A stretch of DNA of 63,798 nucleotides, filler included, from Octopus bimaculoides (GCF_001194135.2; 4 parts of 4 records of this genome joined end to end with filler, not necessarily neighbours in it), one strand, 5' to 3'. Counted from the whole stretch's first letter, positions 25,377 through 38,124 are shown. The notes: a model not told the origin generated them from the letters alone. A program made the numbers and translations.

Positions 25377-25822
25377 TGTTGAGTTGGACAAAAGTCCATT
25401 TGAATTTAGACAAAAACTCCATTTGATTTTAGAGCTAAAGATAAAATGCAAGCTTTAAACACAACTTATATTCAATCAATGATACCATCACTGTTTCATT
25501 CCAGTAGCTTTTGCCATTTTGTGGGCAGATCCATTATTCCTGGTTCAAAGAATTTCCTGTCATAAACAGCAAAAAACTCTTCCAACCAAATATCTACAAT
25601 CTCTTCAGATTTGGACGTCTATTCCTTCATGGAACTTTGAAGATACTGATAAAGGTGGATATTTGATGGCACTAGGTGGGGCAAACTTGCAACAAAACTT
25701 CCCAGCCGAATTCTAGTAACTTCTATAATGTCTGCTAAGAAGAGGATCCTTTGGCATCGTCATGATGAAAGACAATACTCTTATGATTAGCAAGTGCTGG
25801 AAGCTTCTGGTGAATTCCTGCA
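25377..25822 (-). mobile_element. Mariner (Tc1/mariner) transposase 3' remnant with probable right TIR
   Basis: Minus-strand translation gives ANHKSIVFHHDDAK, KLLEFGWEVL, FAP and EEFFAVYDRKFFEPGIMDLPTKWQKL...DGIID*; a TGTTGAGTTGGACAAAAG end resembles a mariner TIR. Confidence 0.82.
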
Positions 25823-25852
25823 TTTAATTTGTCCAGCTGGTCACAGTACACA

Positions 25853-26000
25853 TTCTGTGTGGTAAGAAGCTTGCTTCCCAACCACTTAACTCTGGGTTCA
25901 TTTCCACTGCATGACTCCTTGGGAAAGTGTCTTCTATTGTAGCCTCAGGCTGACCAAAGCTTTGTGAATGGATTTGGTAGACAGAAGCTGAAAAGAAGCC
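25853..26000 (-). mobile_element. SINE family B head/core, diverged
   Basis: GTGTCTTCTATTGTAGCCTCAGGCTGACCAAAGCTTTGTGAATGGATTTGGTAGAC and related sequence; degenerate and orientation-mixed. Confidence 0.6.
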
Positions 26001-26084
26001 CATGTTGGTATGTTTACACCCCCATGGCAAAGTGGCCAATGTTGGTTTATTTATAACTCTGTAACTTAATGGTTTGATAAAAGA

Positions 26085-26220
26085 AATTGACACCATAAAT
26101 ACCAGGCTGAGAAAAAAATAAGTCAAATATTGGGGTCAATTTGCTCAGCTAAAACCCTTCAAGATAGTGCCCCAGCGTGGTTGCAATCTAATGAGTAAAA
26201 CAGGTAAAGGATGAAAGAAA
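26085..26220 (+). mobile_element. SINE family B 3' tail fragment
   Basis: GGGGTCAATTTGCTCAGCTAAAACCCTTCAAG...CCAGCGTGGTTGCAATCTAATGAG. Confidence 0.7.
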
Positions 26221-26569
26221 AATATAATAAATTTAAATGTAACAGCAGTTTCTTTCCCCATTTTACAGTTTATGAATATTTTGAGTTTTTTCATTAATCT
26301 ATTGTATTTTTTTCTATTTCACAGGTGAGTTACAATCAGTTGTTTCTAACAAACATATTACCCAACATGCCTTGTAAGCTGCTATGCATTGGTCTTTTAG
26401 TTTGAAATATACCAAATATAGGTATGTATATTCTTCTCTCTAGAGAATGTAGTAAATATATGTTTTTTCAACTAGATCGCTAAGAAAATCTTTATTAGAG
26501 ACAAAGGCAGTATTTATACAGAGGAGTAATGTTTATTGCCCCCTAAACATGGCTGTTTTTTAAAGATAG

Positions 26570-26770
26570 GCAATGCTGTTATTTCAATCTCAGGAGAATG
26601 TCTCCACAAGCTGGTTATTCAGTACGATTTACACTTGATATATATTGCAAGTGGGTAGATAACTCTGCAAGTGGGGAGATAACTCCCTACTATTCTAGCT
26701 TGGAGACCACCTAATCATGTGATTTCTAGCTCTTTTTGTTGTCTTCAGTGATGGATCCTCATCTGCTAGA
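26570..26770 (-). mobile_element. Divergent copy of the hammerhead-bearing repeat found at 55716-55910
   Basis: CTGTTATTT...CAAGTGGGGAGATAAC...TTTCT...TCTTT...CAGT..TGGA...TGCTAG is collinear with the reverse complement of the 55.7-kb repeat. Confidence 0.6.
26707..26754 (-). ncRNA. Decayed type I hammerhead ribozyme motif
   Basis: CCAUCA-CUGAAGA-CAAC aaaaaga GCUA-GAAA-UCA ca UGAU-U-AGGUGG. Both core boxes are present, stem III has 4 bp, stem I pairs 5 of 6 positions, and stem II is disrupted. Confidence 0.5.
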
Positions 26771-27143
26771 CATAGCATCACTTTTAAAGAAAAGATGATT
26801 AGGTCAATAATTGAGTCACTATGCTTTTGTTTGAATCGCTAGAGATAATAACCAATTATAACTCACTCAAAATACACCCTACATAGAAAATATTTAAAGA
26901 AAAACAGTGGATAGTGTAATCTAATACGTCTGTCTTGCTTCATGTGTCATGTCTACAGATCTCAACAATCATAGAATTCCATGCCAGTTACCTGAAGAAA
27001 TGTGGTTTTTCTCTTGCTGGTTTATTTAGAGTTGCCATATTTTCTGGAATACAAGTTAAAAGTTTTATGCCAAAATATACGTGTATGTGTGTGCATGCAT
27101 GCATCTGTGCAAATGTGGACTGAGCAATCAATCAATATATCAG

Positions 27144-27174
<31 letters not shown>

Positions 27175-27404
27175 GTATGTGTCTCTATGGACAAAAACAA
27201 GCACTCTACACATACTCATGTAGTAAGAACTGATAATGAGCTTTTCTTAAATTTCATAAGCAGCTTTTGACCCTCGTGCATGTTCTTAGCAAATAAATGG
27301 TGCAAGAATCCTTCCTGTCCATAAATCAAAAGCATGAGACTAATTCCTGAGATCTGTCTTCAGGAAAATTTCAAATGTGAAAGAACTAAAACACAATATT
27401 TTGT

Positions 27405-27667
27405 TCATCATCATCATCATCATCATCGTCATCATCATCGTCATCATCATCATCATCGTCACCATCATCATCGTCATCATCATCATCGTCACCATCATCA
27501 TCGTCACCATCATCATCATCATCGTTGTCATCGTTGTCATTGTTTTCCTTGTCATCCTCATTGTCATCATCGTTGTCATCATCAGTGTCTTGTCATCGTC
27601 ATCATCATTATCATCGTTGTTGTCATCGTTGTCATTGTCATCCACATCATCATCATCAACATCATTA
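27405..27667. repeat. (CAT/CGT)n microsatellite
   Basis: Long imperfect trinucleotide run producing poly-His/Met/Ser/Ile ORFs. Confidence 0.92.
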
Positions 27668-27860
27668 TCTAACATCTGTCTTCCATGCTAGCATGGGTTG
27701 GATGATTTGACAGGAACCAGCAAACCAAAAGACTGCATGCAGACTCTACCATCTGTTTTGGCACGGCTTTGATGGATGGATGCTTTTCCTAATGCCAACC
27801 ACTTTACCGAGTGGACTGCGTGATTTTCACGTGATGCCAACACTGGCAAGGTCTGGCTTA
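27668..27860 (-). mobile_element. RTE-tail repeat (family D), diverged
   Basis: TTCCATGCTAGCATGGGTTGGA...GGATGCTTTTCCTAATGCCAACCAC; its (GAT)n tail merges into the adjacent microsatellite. Confidence 0.75.
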
Positions 27861-28430
27861 TCTGTTAATATCTTAATGTGTAAAATTCATAGCAGAGATG
27901 TCTTTAAGAAGCTTAAGAAATGTCATTATGACAGTCACTCGGCTTCCACATGAACAGGATTTCACATAGTCACTCAAGCTTCTTTGATTATATCTCATGA
28001 TAATTATTTCAATAATGACAATAACATCGCCAAAAGAATATATATATATATATATATATTTATATAGACTCATATATATGCATATATATATATTCATATA
28101 TACATACATATAGCTAGCTAGCTAGATAGATAATTATTTTCACATATCAAAAAATAATTATTTCAATAATGAAGATGACACTCATAAAAATACATAGATA
28201 ATTACTTCCAAATATAAATGAAAGTATGCAACTGAAGAATTTTTTCCAATTACTTTATACAAATTAAAAATATAGTAATGAGTCACAAATGAAAATAGCT
28301 CTTATTATGCAGTTATCATTATATGCAATGAACAAAGTGCATACCATTATGACGTGGGGCTACAGAATTTGCATGATGTCTACATACATGAAAAAAACCC
28401 CAAATATATACATACATGTTTATGTATGAT

Positions 28431-28487
<57 letters not shown>

Positions 28488-29636
28488 ATATATGTATGTA
28501 TGTATATTCCCACTTGTTCATTTAGAATAAACTTTACAGTGATAGATACAATGAGAAGAACTCCCATATAGGCTTTTAGTGCAAAATGCACATTTGTTTA
28601 TATTGCTAGTGGGAAGATGATAACTTATGGTGGTGAGGCGTTGAGGCATACACAATGTTTCAAGTGGCACAACAGAGCTGCAGCTCTAATTTACTCTGTT
28701 ACTCAATCCTAAATTGTATCAAACCAGAATAACTGTTTCCACCAAAAATTTCTTTATTTACACTATGAAAATATACTTCCCTTTTCTATATGACTAGTAC
28801 CTTGTCTACCTACACCACATCTAATTATCATTCATGTTACTCCACTTACAAAAGGAAAAACCTGTCCAAAACTATTTAAAAAGGCACAACAGAGCCGCAA
28901 CTCAACCAACCAAGTGCAAGCTCCTCATTTTTTTTTTTGACATCCACGATATTGTACATTGATTATAACCTCAACAACAACAGCAATGACATGATTCTAT
29001 AATACAAAGTATCTTACATAGAAAACTTTCTCATAACAATTTAGAGTTCACTATTGGCAAACAAAAACTAGAACATATAATATTTTTATTTCTACTTTTA
29101 CACTTGTTCCTGCAAACTATCTTTTAATTCCAAGACGGTATTATGTCTTGACCATTATTTCCAAGTCTGTTATAATTATTCTCTATTTTTTCATTTCATT
29201 TTNNNNNNNNNNTTTTTCTTTTTTTTTTTTTCATTTTTTTTCTTTTCTTATATATATGTTTTTCGAGACATTTTTCTTTGGCAATAACTCATAATAATTA
29301 TTCTCATAGTTCATTTACGATAATAACAGATATCAAACAATATAGTTCATGCAAGAATTATTAACTGTCAAATGATGAAATAGGAAACTCTAAATTATTG
29401 GCCATGTATTTTGTTTTGTGGTGTTCTTTCAATTTTTGCTAAACCATTTGTCTTTTATTTAAGAGAATTTTATTGTTCCAAGGCATTTATTGTGCTAACT
29501 ATCATGAAAATAAATAGAAGAAAAGAAAAGGAAGAGTTTACATAGACAGTAATGGGAGAAAAATATTAAAATTTGCTATCTGAATCTATAGAAATTAAAT
29601 ATTTTATATTTAGACAAGCATATGTGTATATATAGA

Positions 29637-29677
<41 letters not shown>

Positions 29678-29849
29678 GTGTGTGTATATATGTATATATA
29701 TATATATACACACATGTGTGTGTATATATGTATATATATATATATACACGTGTGTGTATATATATATGGTTGAGTAGATAAATGAAGGAAAGAGGCATTC
29801 AACACATTTAGAATGAGTTACGTATATTACAGGGCTGAATCAAACTGTT

Positions 29850-30146
29850 TTACCTTTTTTTATTGTTGCCAGTACCGCTGGACTGGCTCTTGTGCAGGTG
29901 GCATGTAAAACGCACCGTTTTGAGTGTGGCCGTTGCCAGTACCGCCTGACTGGCCTTCGTGCGGGTGAAATATAAAAGCACCCACTACACTCTCTGAGTG
30001 GTTGGCATTAGGAAGGGCAACCAGCTGTAGAAACTCTGCCAGATCAGATTGGAGCCTGGTGTAGCCATCTGGTTCACCAATCCTCAGTCAAATCATCCAG
30101 CCCATGCTAGCATGGAAGGCGGATGTTAAACGATGATGATGATGAT
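29850..30146 (+). mobile_element. RTE-tail repeat (family D) with internal ~60-bp tandem units
   Basis: GTTGCCAGTACCGC...GGC..GTAAAA.GCACC units followed by TGGTTGGCATTAGGAAGGGCA.CCAGCTGTAGAAAC...CCCATGCTAGCATGGAA..CGGA.GTTAAACGATGATGATG. Confidence 0.8.
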
Positions 30147-30918
30147 GTATATATGTATGTATATATGTATATATATATGTATACATATACATACATATAT
30201 ATACACATATATTCACACACACATACACACATATATATATATACATATATATACGCGTATGTGTATATATGTATTTATGTGTATATATAAAGACATTTGT
30301 ATACTGCATATACGCACATGCATGTATAATGTGCATATTGCAAGGGTAATACCAAAGATCAAGGAACAATATTACTTTGGCACAACCCTGTATTTAATTA
30401 AAAAAATCATAGCTGTCATTCACAGAGACAAATCACTTGTTATCAGCAAGAAACCATTCTTTTGCTAATTACCTCTCTAATTACCTCGTAATTTTGAGCA
30501 TATATGATCACTTCCTGGATTTCAGCCCTCAGAGCCTGCTGAATATTCAGCATGTGACAACTGGTTGGAGGGAGAGTAATGCACAAGTAAGGAGCAGTTA
30601 CTTTATTTGTAGGGGTTCAAGAAATGAAATGCAAAGGTTTTTCTGGTAGGATTTGAACTCAGTTTGTAGAGCACGGATACAAAGACTCTATCAAAGAGCT
30701 GTCCTGGAACACAGTATGTTTGTGTGTGTGTGTGTATCTATATATGTATATGTTAAATAAAATGAGACAACAAAGCCAAGGCTGTGTGGAATTTTCAGGA
30801 CATTTATAAAGAAAAAGTGACATTATTTAAGTTATTTACATTTGACAGAAATTTATCCGTCAAATGTAAATAATGTACATAATTCCTCATCTCTTAAATA
30901 TAGAACTGTAAGAAAAAG

Positions 30919-30972
30919 TTCGTCTTACAGCTGTTTCTGGGATATTAGGGATATCCCTTCATCAGAGACGAT
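30919..30972 (-). ncRNA. Minimal type I hammerhead ribozyme
   Basis: UCGUCU-CUGAUGA-A-GGGAUAU cccua AUAUCCC-A-GAAAC-agcu-GUA-AGACGA: perfect 6-bp stem I, 7-bp stem II, palindromic ACAGCUGU helix III, GUA cleavage triplet. Confidence 0.85.
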
Positions 30973-31107
30973 GTGAGATGATTAAATACAAAGAAATATT
31001 AGAGTTCAGTATGAGGAGTTATTTTGGAAGCTGACAAGGAGTGTTTAGAGAAATAAGAGAATGTATGTAGAAATAAAACTAAAAATATATGTATATATAT
31101 ATATGTA

Positions 31108-31266
31108 GGTGCAGGTGTGGGTGTGTGTTAAGAAGCTTATTTACCATCCACATAGGTCCAGTTCAATTCCACTGTGTGGCACCTTGGACAAGTATTTTCT
31201 ACTACAGCTTTAGGCTGGTCAAAGCCTTTTGAATGGATTTGGTAAATGGAAACTGAAACAAGCCTG

Positions 31267-31297
<31 letters not shown>

Positions 31298-31555
31298 NNN
31301 NNNNNNNNNNNNNNNNNNNNNNNNNNNNNNNNNNNNNNNNNNNNNNNATACATACATACATATACATACATACGCGTACATATACATTCATGCATATACA
31401 TATATATATATATACGTGTGTGTGTGTGTGTGTGTATATCTATGTGTGTTGGTCTTTGCATCTGTGTTTGCTCATCAATCAACACTTGACAACTGCTGTT
31501 GGTGTGTTTACATCCCTGTAACTTATCCGTTTGTCAAAAACGACTGACAGAATTA
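31108..31555 (+). mobile_element. SINE family B, head + (TA/TG)n (gapped) + tail
   Basis: GTTCAATTCCACTGTGTGGCACCTTGGACAAGT...GGATTTGGTAAATGGAAACTGAAA, microsatellite, then CTTGACAACTGCTGTTGGTGTGTTTACATCCCTGTAACTTA. Confidence 0.82.
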
Positions 31556-31574
31556 AGTTCTAGGCTTATAAAGC

Positions 31575-31870
31575 GAAGTCAAATTTGGTGGAATTTGAAC
31601 TCAGAACTTCATGCAGGAAAAAATGCCACTAAACCTTTTGCCCACTGTGCTAACAATTCTGCCAACCTGCTGCAAGAATGGTTTCCAATTTTGGCTCCCA
31701 GTCATCAATTTTAGGGGATGCAGGAAGAGGATAAGTGCTCAGATGTCATTTATAATTTTATAATCCCTGAAAGGAAGAAAGGCAAAATTAACCTCAACAA
31801 GATTTGAACTTGGAATGTCAAGAACTGTAACAAAAGCCTCAAAGCATTTTGTTTGACATTCTAACAATAA
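31575..31870 (-). mobile_element. Two diverged SINE family A fragments
   Basis: GGAATTTGAACTCAGAAC at about 31590; CCCTGAAAGGAAGAAAGGCAAAATTAACC at about 31765. Confidence 0.65.
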
Positions 31871-32302
31871 TGACGGTAGTAAGAGCAATAACAGCGACGA
31901 TTATTCTTTTAATGTATTTTTTTTTATTTAAAATTAGTTGGAAATACAAATCAGATCTGGAAGAGTTGCAGTTAGTTAATCTGTATCGAATTAAGCAGGT
32001 TTTCATTAAATTAAGGCAAAGTTTTGAAACTGTATCCACATGGCAACCGGTAATTAAAATTATAATTATGATTTAACTATGAATCTGACAGTTCAGTTTA
32101 TGGAATTTTCAATAATAATGAAACTGATGGTGGAGTGAGGCTGCTTTGGGAGAAAAAAAAATAAACGAAACCCACTCACAATAAAGCATAAACATATATT
32201 TCTGCTGTGAGCAAACCTAATTGTGTTGGTGTAATTGTGTAACTGTGTGTGTGCAGGTGTATCTTTGTGCAGCCGCATGTGTATGGGCATATATATATAT
32301 AT

Positions 32303-32534
32303 CATCATCATCATCATCATCGTTTAACGTCCGCTTTCCATGCTAGCATGGGTTGGACGATTTGACTGAGGACTGGTGAAACCGGATGGCAACACCAGGC
32401 TCCAGTCTGATTTGGCAGAGTTTCTACAGCTGGATGCCCTTCCTAACGCCAACCACTCAGAGAGTGTAGTGGGTGCTTTTACGTGTCACCCGCACGAAAA
32501 CGGCCACGCTCGAAATGGTGTCTTTTATGTGCCA
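32303..32534 (-). mobile_element. RTE-tail repeat (family D), young copy
   Basis: (CAT)6-CGTTTAACGTCCGCTTTCCATGCTAGCATGGGTTGG...; identical to 63568-63798; runs into a gap. Confidence 0.9.
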
Positions 32535-32823
32535 NNNNNNNNNNNNNNNNNNNNNNNNNNNNNNNNNNNNNNNNNNNNNNNNNNNNNNNNNNNNNNNNNN
32601 NNNNNNNNNNNNNNNNNNNNNNNNNNNNNNNNNNNNNNNNNNNNNNNNNNNNNNNNNNNNNNNNNNNNNNNNNNNNNNNNNNNNNNNNNNNNNNNNNNNN
32701 NNNNNNNNNNNNNNNNNNNNNNNNNNNNNNNNNNNNNNNNNNNNNNNNNNNNNNNNNNNNNNNNNNNNNNNNNNNNTATATAATACACACACACACATAT
32801 ATATATACATATATAATACACAT

Positions 32824-32862
<39 letters not shown>

Positions 32863-33965
32863 ACACACATATATATAGATATATAATACACATATGTATA
32901 TATATATAAATACACACATATATATATATACATATGTAATACACACACACACATATACACACATATACATGTAGAGAGAGAGTGAGAGTGGGGGGTTGTA
33001 TACATATGCATATTTTATAATATTTTATGTTATATGCATTTATATATACATATTTATATGTATATACATATTTACACACATATATATAAATATATGTGTG
33101 TGTGTGTGTAAATTGCATCTTTGTGTAGGTTTGCATTCCTATTTCTCACATGATATAGTCAGTCAAACTGTTTGCACTTGACTGTTGGTAGTAAATTCAT
33201 AACTTTAAAAATCAAACCGAAACCACAATAAAAGAAATAACAAAATAACTAAATAAATAAATAAATAAAGAAAAATTCAGGATGGGGTACAGAAAATACA
33301 GTAGAGAAGAAGAGCGAAAATGATTGATTAAGATCTGCAATGGATCTTCTGGGTATGGGAATGGCAAGGAATGGTAACCTATATTTTAACAAGGAATTTG
33401 ATAATTTGATTTTCATTTGAATAAATTTAAAATTCAATTGAATATTGAATTGTATTTTAGAAATTTTATTTCGTTTCAAACACACACAAAGGAAAAAAAA
33501 ATGTTAAATAGTCGTTTGAAAAAGTGTAAAAAGGAAGAAATATGATAGTGAAATTTTATTTTAATATTTAATTTTTGTTATAAAATCTATTTTGATCATT
33601 GAAATCAAAATGGAGATAATGAAATATGTGCATGTGTATATAAATACATACAAAGAACAACACAAATATATGTATAGACTCAAGCACACACATGCACAAA
33701 TATATACATGTTTGTTTATACACATGTAAGAAAACATAGCCTCTTGCATACATTACACACTTAGTTGTATGCATACACATTTGTATACAATCGTACATAT
33801 ACATACATATAGATGTAAATACGTGCATACAAGCAGATAGACATGCACACACACACTAATGCATATATAGAGAAAGACACAGTCCTAGACACACATATAT
33901 ATATATATATATAGACACATAGACACACACACATAGATATATATATATATATATATATAGACACG

Positions 33966-34008
<43 letters not shown>

Positions 34009-35299
34009 NNNNNNNNNNNNNNNNNNNNNNNNNNNNNNNNNNNNNNNNNNNNNNNNNNNNNNNNNNNNNNNNNNNNNNNNNNNNNNNNNNNNNNNNNNNN
34101 NNNNNNNNNNNNNNNNNNNNNNNNNNNNNNNNNNNNNNNNNNNNNNNNNNNNNNNNNNNNNNNNNNNNNNNNNNNNNNNNNNNNNNNNNNNNNNNNNNNN
34201 NNNNNNNNNNNNNNNNNNNNNNNNNNNNNNNNNNNNNNNNNNNNNNNNNNNNNNNNNNNNNNNNNNNNNNNNNNNNNNNNNNNNNNNNNNNNNNNNNNNN
34301 NNNNNNNNNNNNNNNNNNNNNNNNNNNNNNNNNNNNNNNNNNNNNNNNNNNNNNNNNNNNNNNNNNNNNNNNNNNNNNNNNNNNNNNNNNNNNNNNNNNN
34401 NNNNNNNNNNNNNNNNNNNNNNNNNNNNNNNNNNNNNNNNNNNNNNNNNNNNNNNNNNNNNNNNNNNNNNNNNNNNNNNNNNNNNNNNNNNNNNNNNNNN
34501 NNNNNNNNNNNNNNNNNNNNNNNNNNNNNNTATATATATATATGCATACATATATATACGGATACATGGATATATATGCATATACATACACAAATACACA
34601 CACACACACATATATACACAAACACACATATATATATATACACCCATATATACACACGTGCTTATATGTATGCATGTATGTGTGTATGCATGTATATATA
34701 TATATATATATATGTATATATGCATGTATATATGTGTGTATATATGTATGTGTGTATATATATATTTACATATAATGTGTGTGTGTGCATGTCAGTATAT
34801 ATGTATTGTTATTGATATTTTTATATTTGTGTGCGTGTGTTTATGAAGTTCCGTATCATAAATCAAAGATAATGGATTAGAAATGAGGAAAGATTATGAT
34901 TATCATTATAATTATTATTATTATCATTATTATTATTATCATCATTATTATTAGTAATTGTTTCGCTAAACAAAAGATAGCACTTGATGAAAAGAGTATC
35001 AAACAGCCTTGATTAATCATCATTCGTGGGTCATTGTAGAAACTTCAACATGTTGCAGACACAATAAATTCTACAAGCTTTGCCCCATGCCCTACCCCAC
35101 CATCACCACCACCACGACCGCTACCACCATCGCCATCATCGCCACCCTCTCCTGGGTACCTGCTGATAGATGAGGTAGCTTCGTTAAACATTATATTTCA
35201 TAATTTGAAACATCTGATTGACTTCAGGAATGCATAAGGTACACGCGTATGCATACTCATATAGACGGGCATAGATACGCACATGCATGCATGCATACA

Positions 35300-35335
<36 letters not shown>

Positions 35336-35425
35336 TGCACACTCATCAGCACTCTCTCATATCAAGCTATGCATACACACACACACAAACATACATATAC
35401 AAGCACAAAGCTTAGTGGTCAATGT

Positions 35426-35680
35426 GTGTGGCCTAGTGGTTAGGCTGTTGCACTTACAATCGCTAGTTCATGGGTTTGAATCCCTGACTGGGCAGCACCT
35501 TATGTTCTTGAGCAAGACACTTCATTTCACTTTGCTCCAGTCTCCTTTTGATCTAGAAGGAGTATTGGCTTGCTCGCATAGCCAGCAGGGTGACGTCATT
35601 TTATGGCTAAAACAATGAAAAGTACATTGTGACCAGTGATGTGTAACAACATCTAATAGCCTGGAAGGTCACATGATATA
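35426..35680 (+). mobile_element. Third tRNA-derived SINE family (C)
   Basis: TGGCCTAGTGGTTAGG (A box), GGGTTTGAATCCC (B box), TTGAGCAAGACACTTCATTTCAC core-like segment. Confidence 0.72.
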
Positions 35681-35744
35681 TGTAAATGCACACATGTATC
35701 TATCTATACCCTTATGTATATATTCTTTTATTCTTTTACTTGTT

Positions 35745-35901
35745 TTGGTCATTTGAATGTGGCCATACTGGAGCACTGACTTTAGTCGAACAAATCAACC
35801 CCAGGACTTTTCCGTTGGTCTCTTATGCCAAACAGCTAAGTTATGGGGATGTAAACACACCAACATCGGTTGTCAAGTGATAGTGGTGGGGGACAAACAC
35901 A

Positions 35902-35935
<34 letters not shown>

Positions 35936-36119
35936 TATACACATACACATATATATATATACAACAGGCTTCTTTTAGTTTCCATCTACCAAATCCACTC
36001 ACAAGGCTTTGGTTGGCTCCAGGCTATAGTAGAAAACACTTGCACAAGGTGCCATTCAGTGGGACTGAACCCAGAACAATGTAGTTGGGAAATAAGCTTC
36101 ATACCACACAGCCATGCCT
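35745..36119 (-). mobile_element. SINE family B, near full length
   Basis: Tail at 35745-35905, (CA/TA)n, head/core at 35960-36119. Confidence 0.87.
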
Positions 36120-38124
36120 GTATATTTTATATATCTAGTCAAAGAGTCTTTGTGTGTTTATTTGCATCGTTATCTCACAGCAACCGTTATATAACAACCT
36201 CTACACACTGGAAGAAACTAAGCTATGTGTACAAAAGCTAGACAGAAGATGAAAAAGAAGAAAAGAAATATAACAAACAGTGAGTTGTTGTTGTTGTTAT
36301 TAAATGTGTTTGTATCCTGTGTATGTCGGAAGATTTTGCTTATGGTTGTTGGATCCTTGAAACTATATGGCATATCCAACTTTGGTTGACATTTAAAAGC
36401 GTTTATAAAACGATCTCTAACAATTTTCACATATCTGCACGTACAGTCATATCTAAGATGTTTGTGTACACTTGGATACGAAAAGATATTCACTGCAACA
36501 ATTGTCTTGAGAGAAATATTCACTTTATAGAGAATATGTATAGAAAACCCACCATTGGGCTATGGATGTTGTAATCAGAGCATCTATAATGAGAATTTTC
36601 CCCTTGAGTTAATTTCTGCAGGGTATGTCTCCATGTGCCAGTATACACGAACATGTTGAATATCATTGTACACACCTATATTTCACCCATTGCTGCTAAG
36701 TGCACCCTCAGTTAATCGGAGGTTTTTATATGGAAACAAATACTGCCATAAAGTTTCTGAATAGTCTCCACAAGATACTAACATGATCTGACTGTGACAG
36801 AATATAGACCAATGAGATATGGTTCTTTCAAAGTTAATTAAGTATTTGTTTATTAACCTTGCTCAGTATTTGATATATTTTATACGCTGATAGATCTGAC
36901 TAACATAACGAAGGATTAAATTTTGATAGATCTGGTTGATATAACAAAAGATTAAAGTTCGTTTGTTTATCTCTTGATTCTTTCCAATATTTTTTTCTAC
37001 CCTTGACTAATTACAATTTTGATGAATGACTTCACCAGTGCAAAATTTACATTATCTATTGTTTTCTTCTGCATTTTTTTGCTAATACATTTGTTTTCTT
37101 ATTTTTTCTTAATATCTTTGTGTCCAGGTATCTAAATAATTAGTCCCTAAAAAAAAAAGAAACAGCAAAAGCAAAGCCAGGGTTAAAGAACAACAAATTG
37201 GGTGTATTATCTCAATAATTGTTATTTGTTTATCATTTTCCTCTAAATGATGAAAATAATTTCTACTTTTAGAAGAGTGTTCTCAATTATTTTAATCCAA
37301 CTTCTTCCTTTTGAGTGGGAATATTTCTTGGTAAATATAAAACTTATTTTTCCATGATATTTCTTTGGCAGAATCGGAAGATGCAATCATTCTCCATCAC
37401 ACTACTACAACAAACATTATAAAACCATGATGCAATAGGAAGCTCCAATATATATTATCCTTTTGAAGGATCTAAATAGCCCATACCAGAATGGGCATTG
37501 CCTGAATGTAACCCATCCGTATAACTCATCCAGAGGTTGAAGCATTTTATATAAGATGGTTACTGTATTCCGTTGCTTCCTATTTCGAGCAAGTAGCTAA
37601 AGGCTGAATTATTGACAGAGCTAACTGCCAAAATATGTCCAATTGACAACAAAACAAGTTTTGACATAAATCAACAAGACTATCTATAACTATATTTAAC
37701 AGCTATCAATAAGGTGATTTTCAAAACAAATAACTGCTGAATTGGGAGAAGATAGATGGTTATCCTATAATATAGAAAATAGCTATCAAATGAAGTGTGA
37801 TGCTTTATATTTTTACTCATAAGAATACAAGAAGAAATATTGTATAAGATCGTAAATAAATTAATATAGACAAATATATCAAGATGTCGTCAAAATATCA
37901 ATGAAAAGATAGGTTTCAAAACATTGCCAGTGTAACCGACAATCAAAATCTTCATAAATACAGATACATATTTAGATAAAAGTAATTATGTATAAATATC
38001 TAATTTGAGTAAATAATTAAAAAAAAATGTACACACTAAATTTTCATATATTGATTCCTTTCATTGACATGAAGTCCTATCAAATTCTTTTCATGAAAAA
38101 CAAATAAATTGTGTGTATAAATCA

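Noticed and set aside
26324-26420. Plus-strand segment with good acceptor and donor sites
   Set aside because: Stops in all three frames; could only be a non-coding exon, with no other support.
27334-27710. Poly-His, poly-Met/Asp and poly-Ile ORFs
   Set aside because: (CAT)n microsatellite open in most frames; no splice or domain evidence.
32360-32395. CTGAGGA-CTGGT-GAAAC in family D (also at about 63630)
   Set aside because: No U at 16.1, no stem I partner, and the motif is not conserved in the 30070 copy.
32376-34846. Many long YI/HT/CV ORFs, and ORFs spanning X runs throughout the window
   Set aside because: Artefacts of dinucleotide repeats and N gaps.
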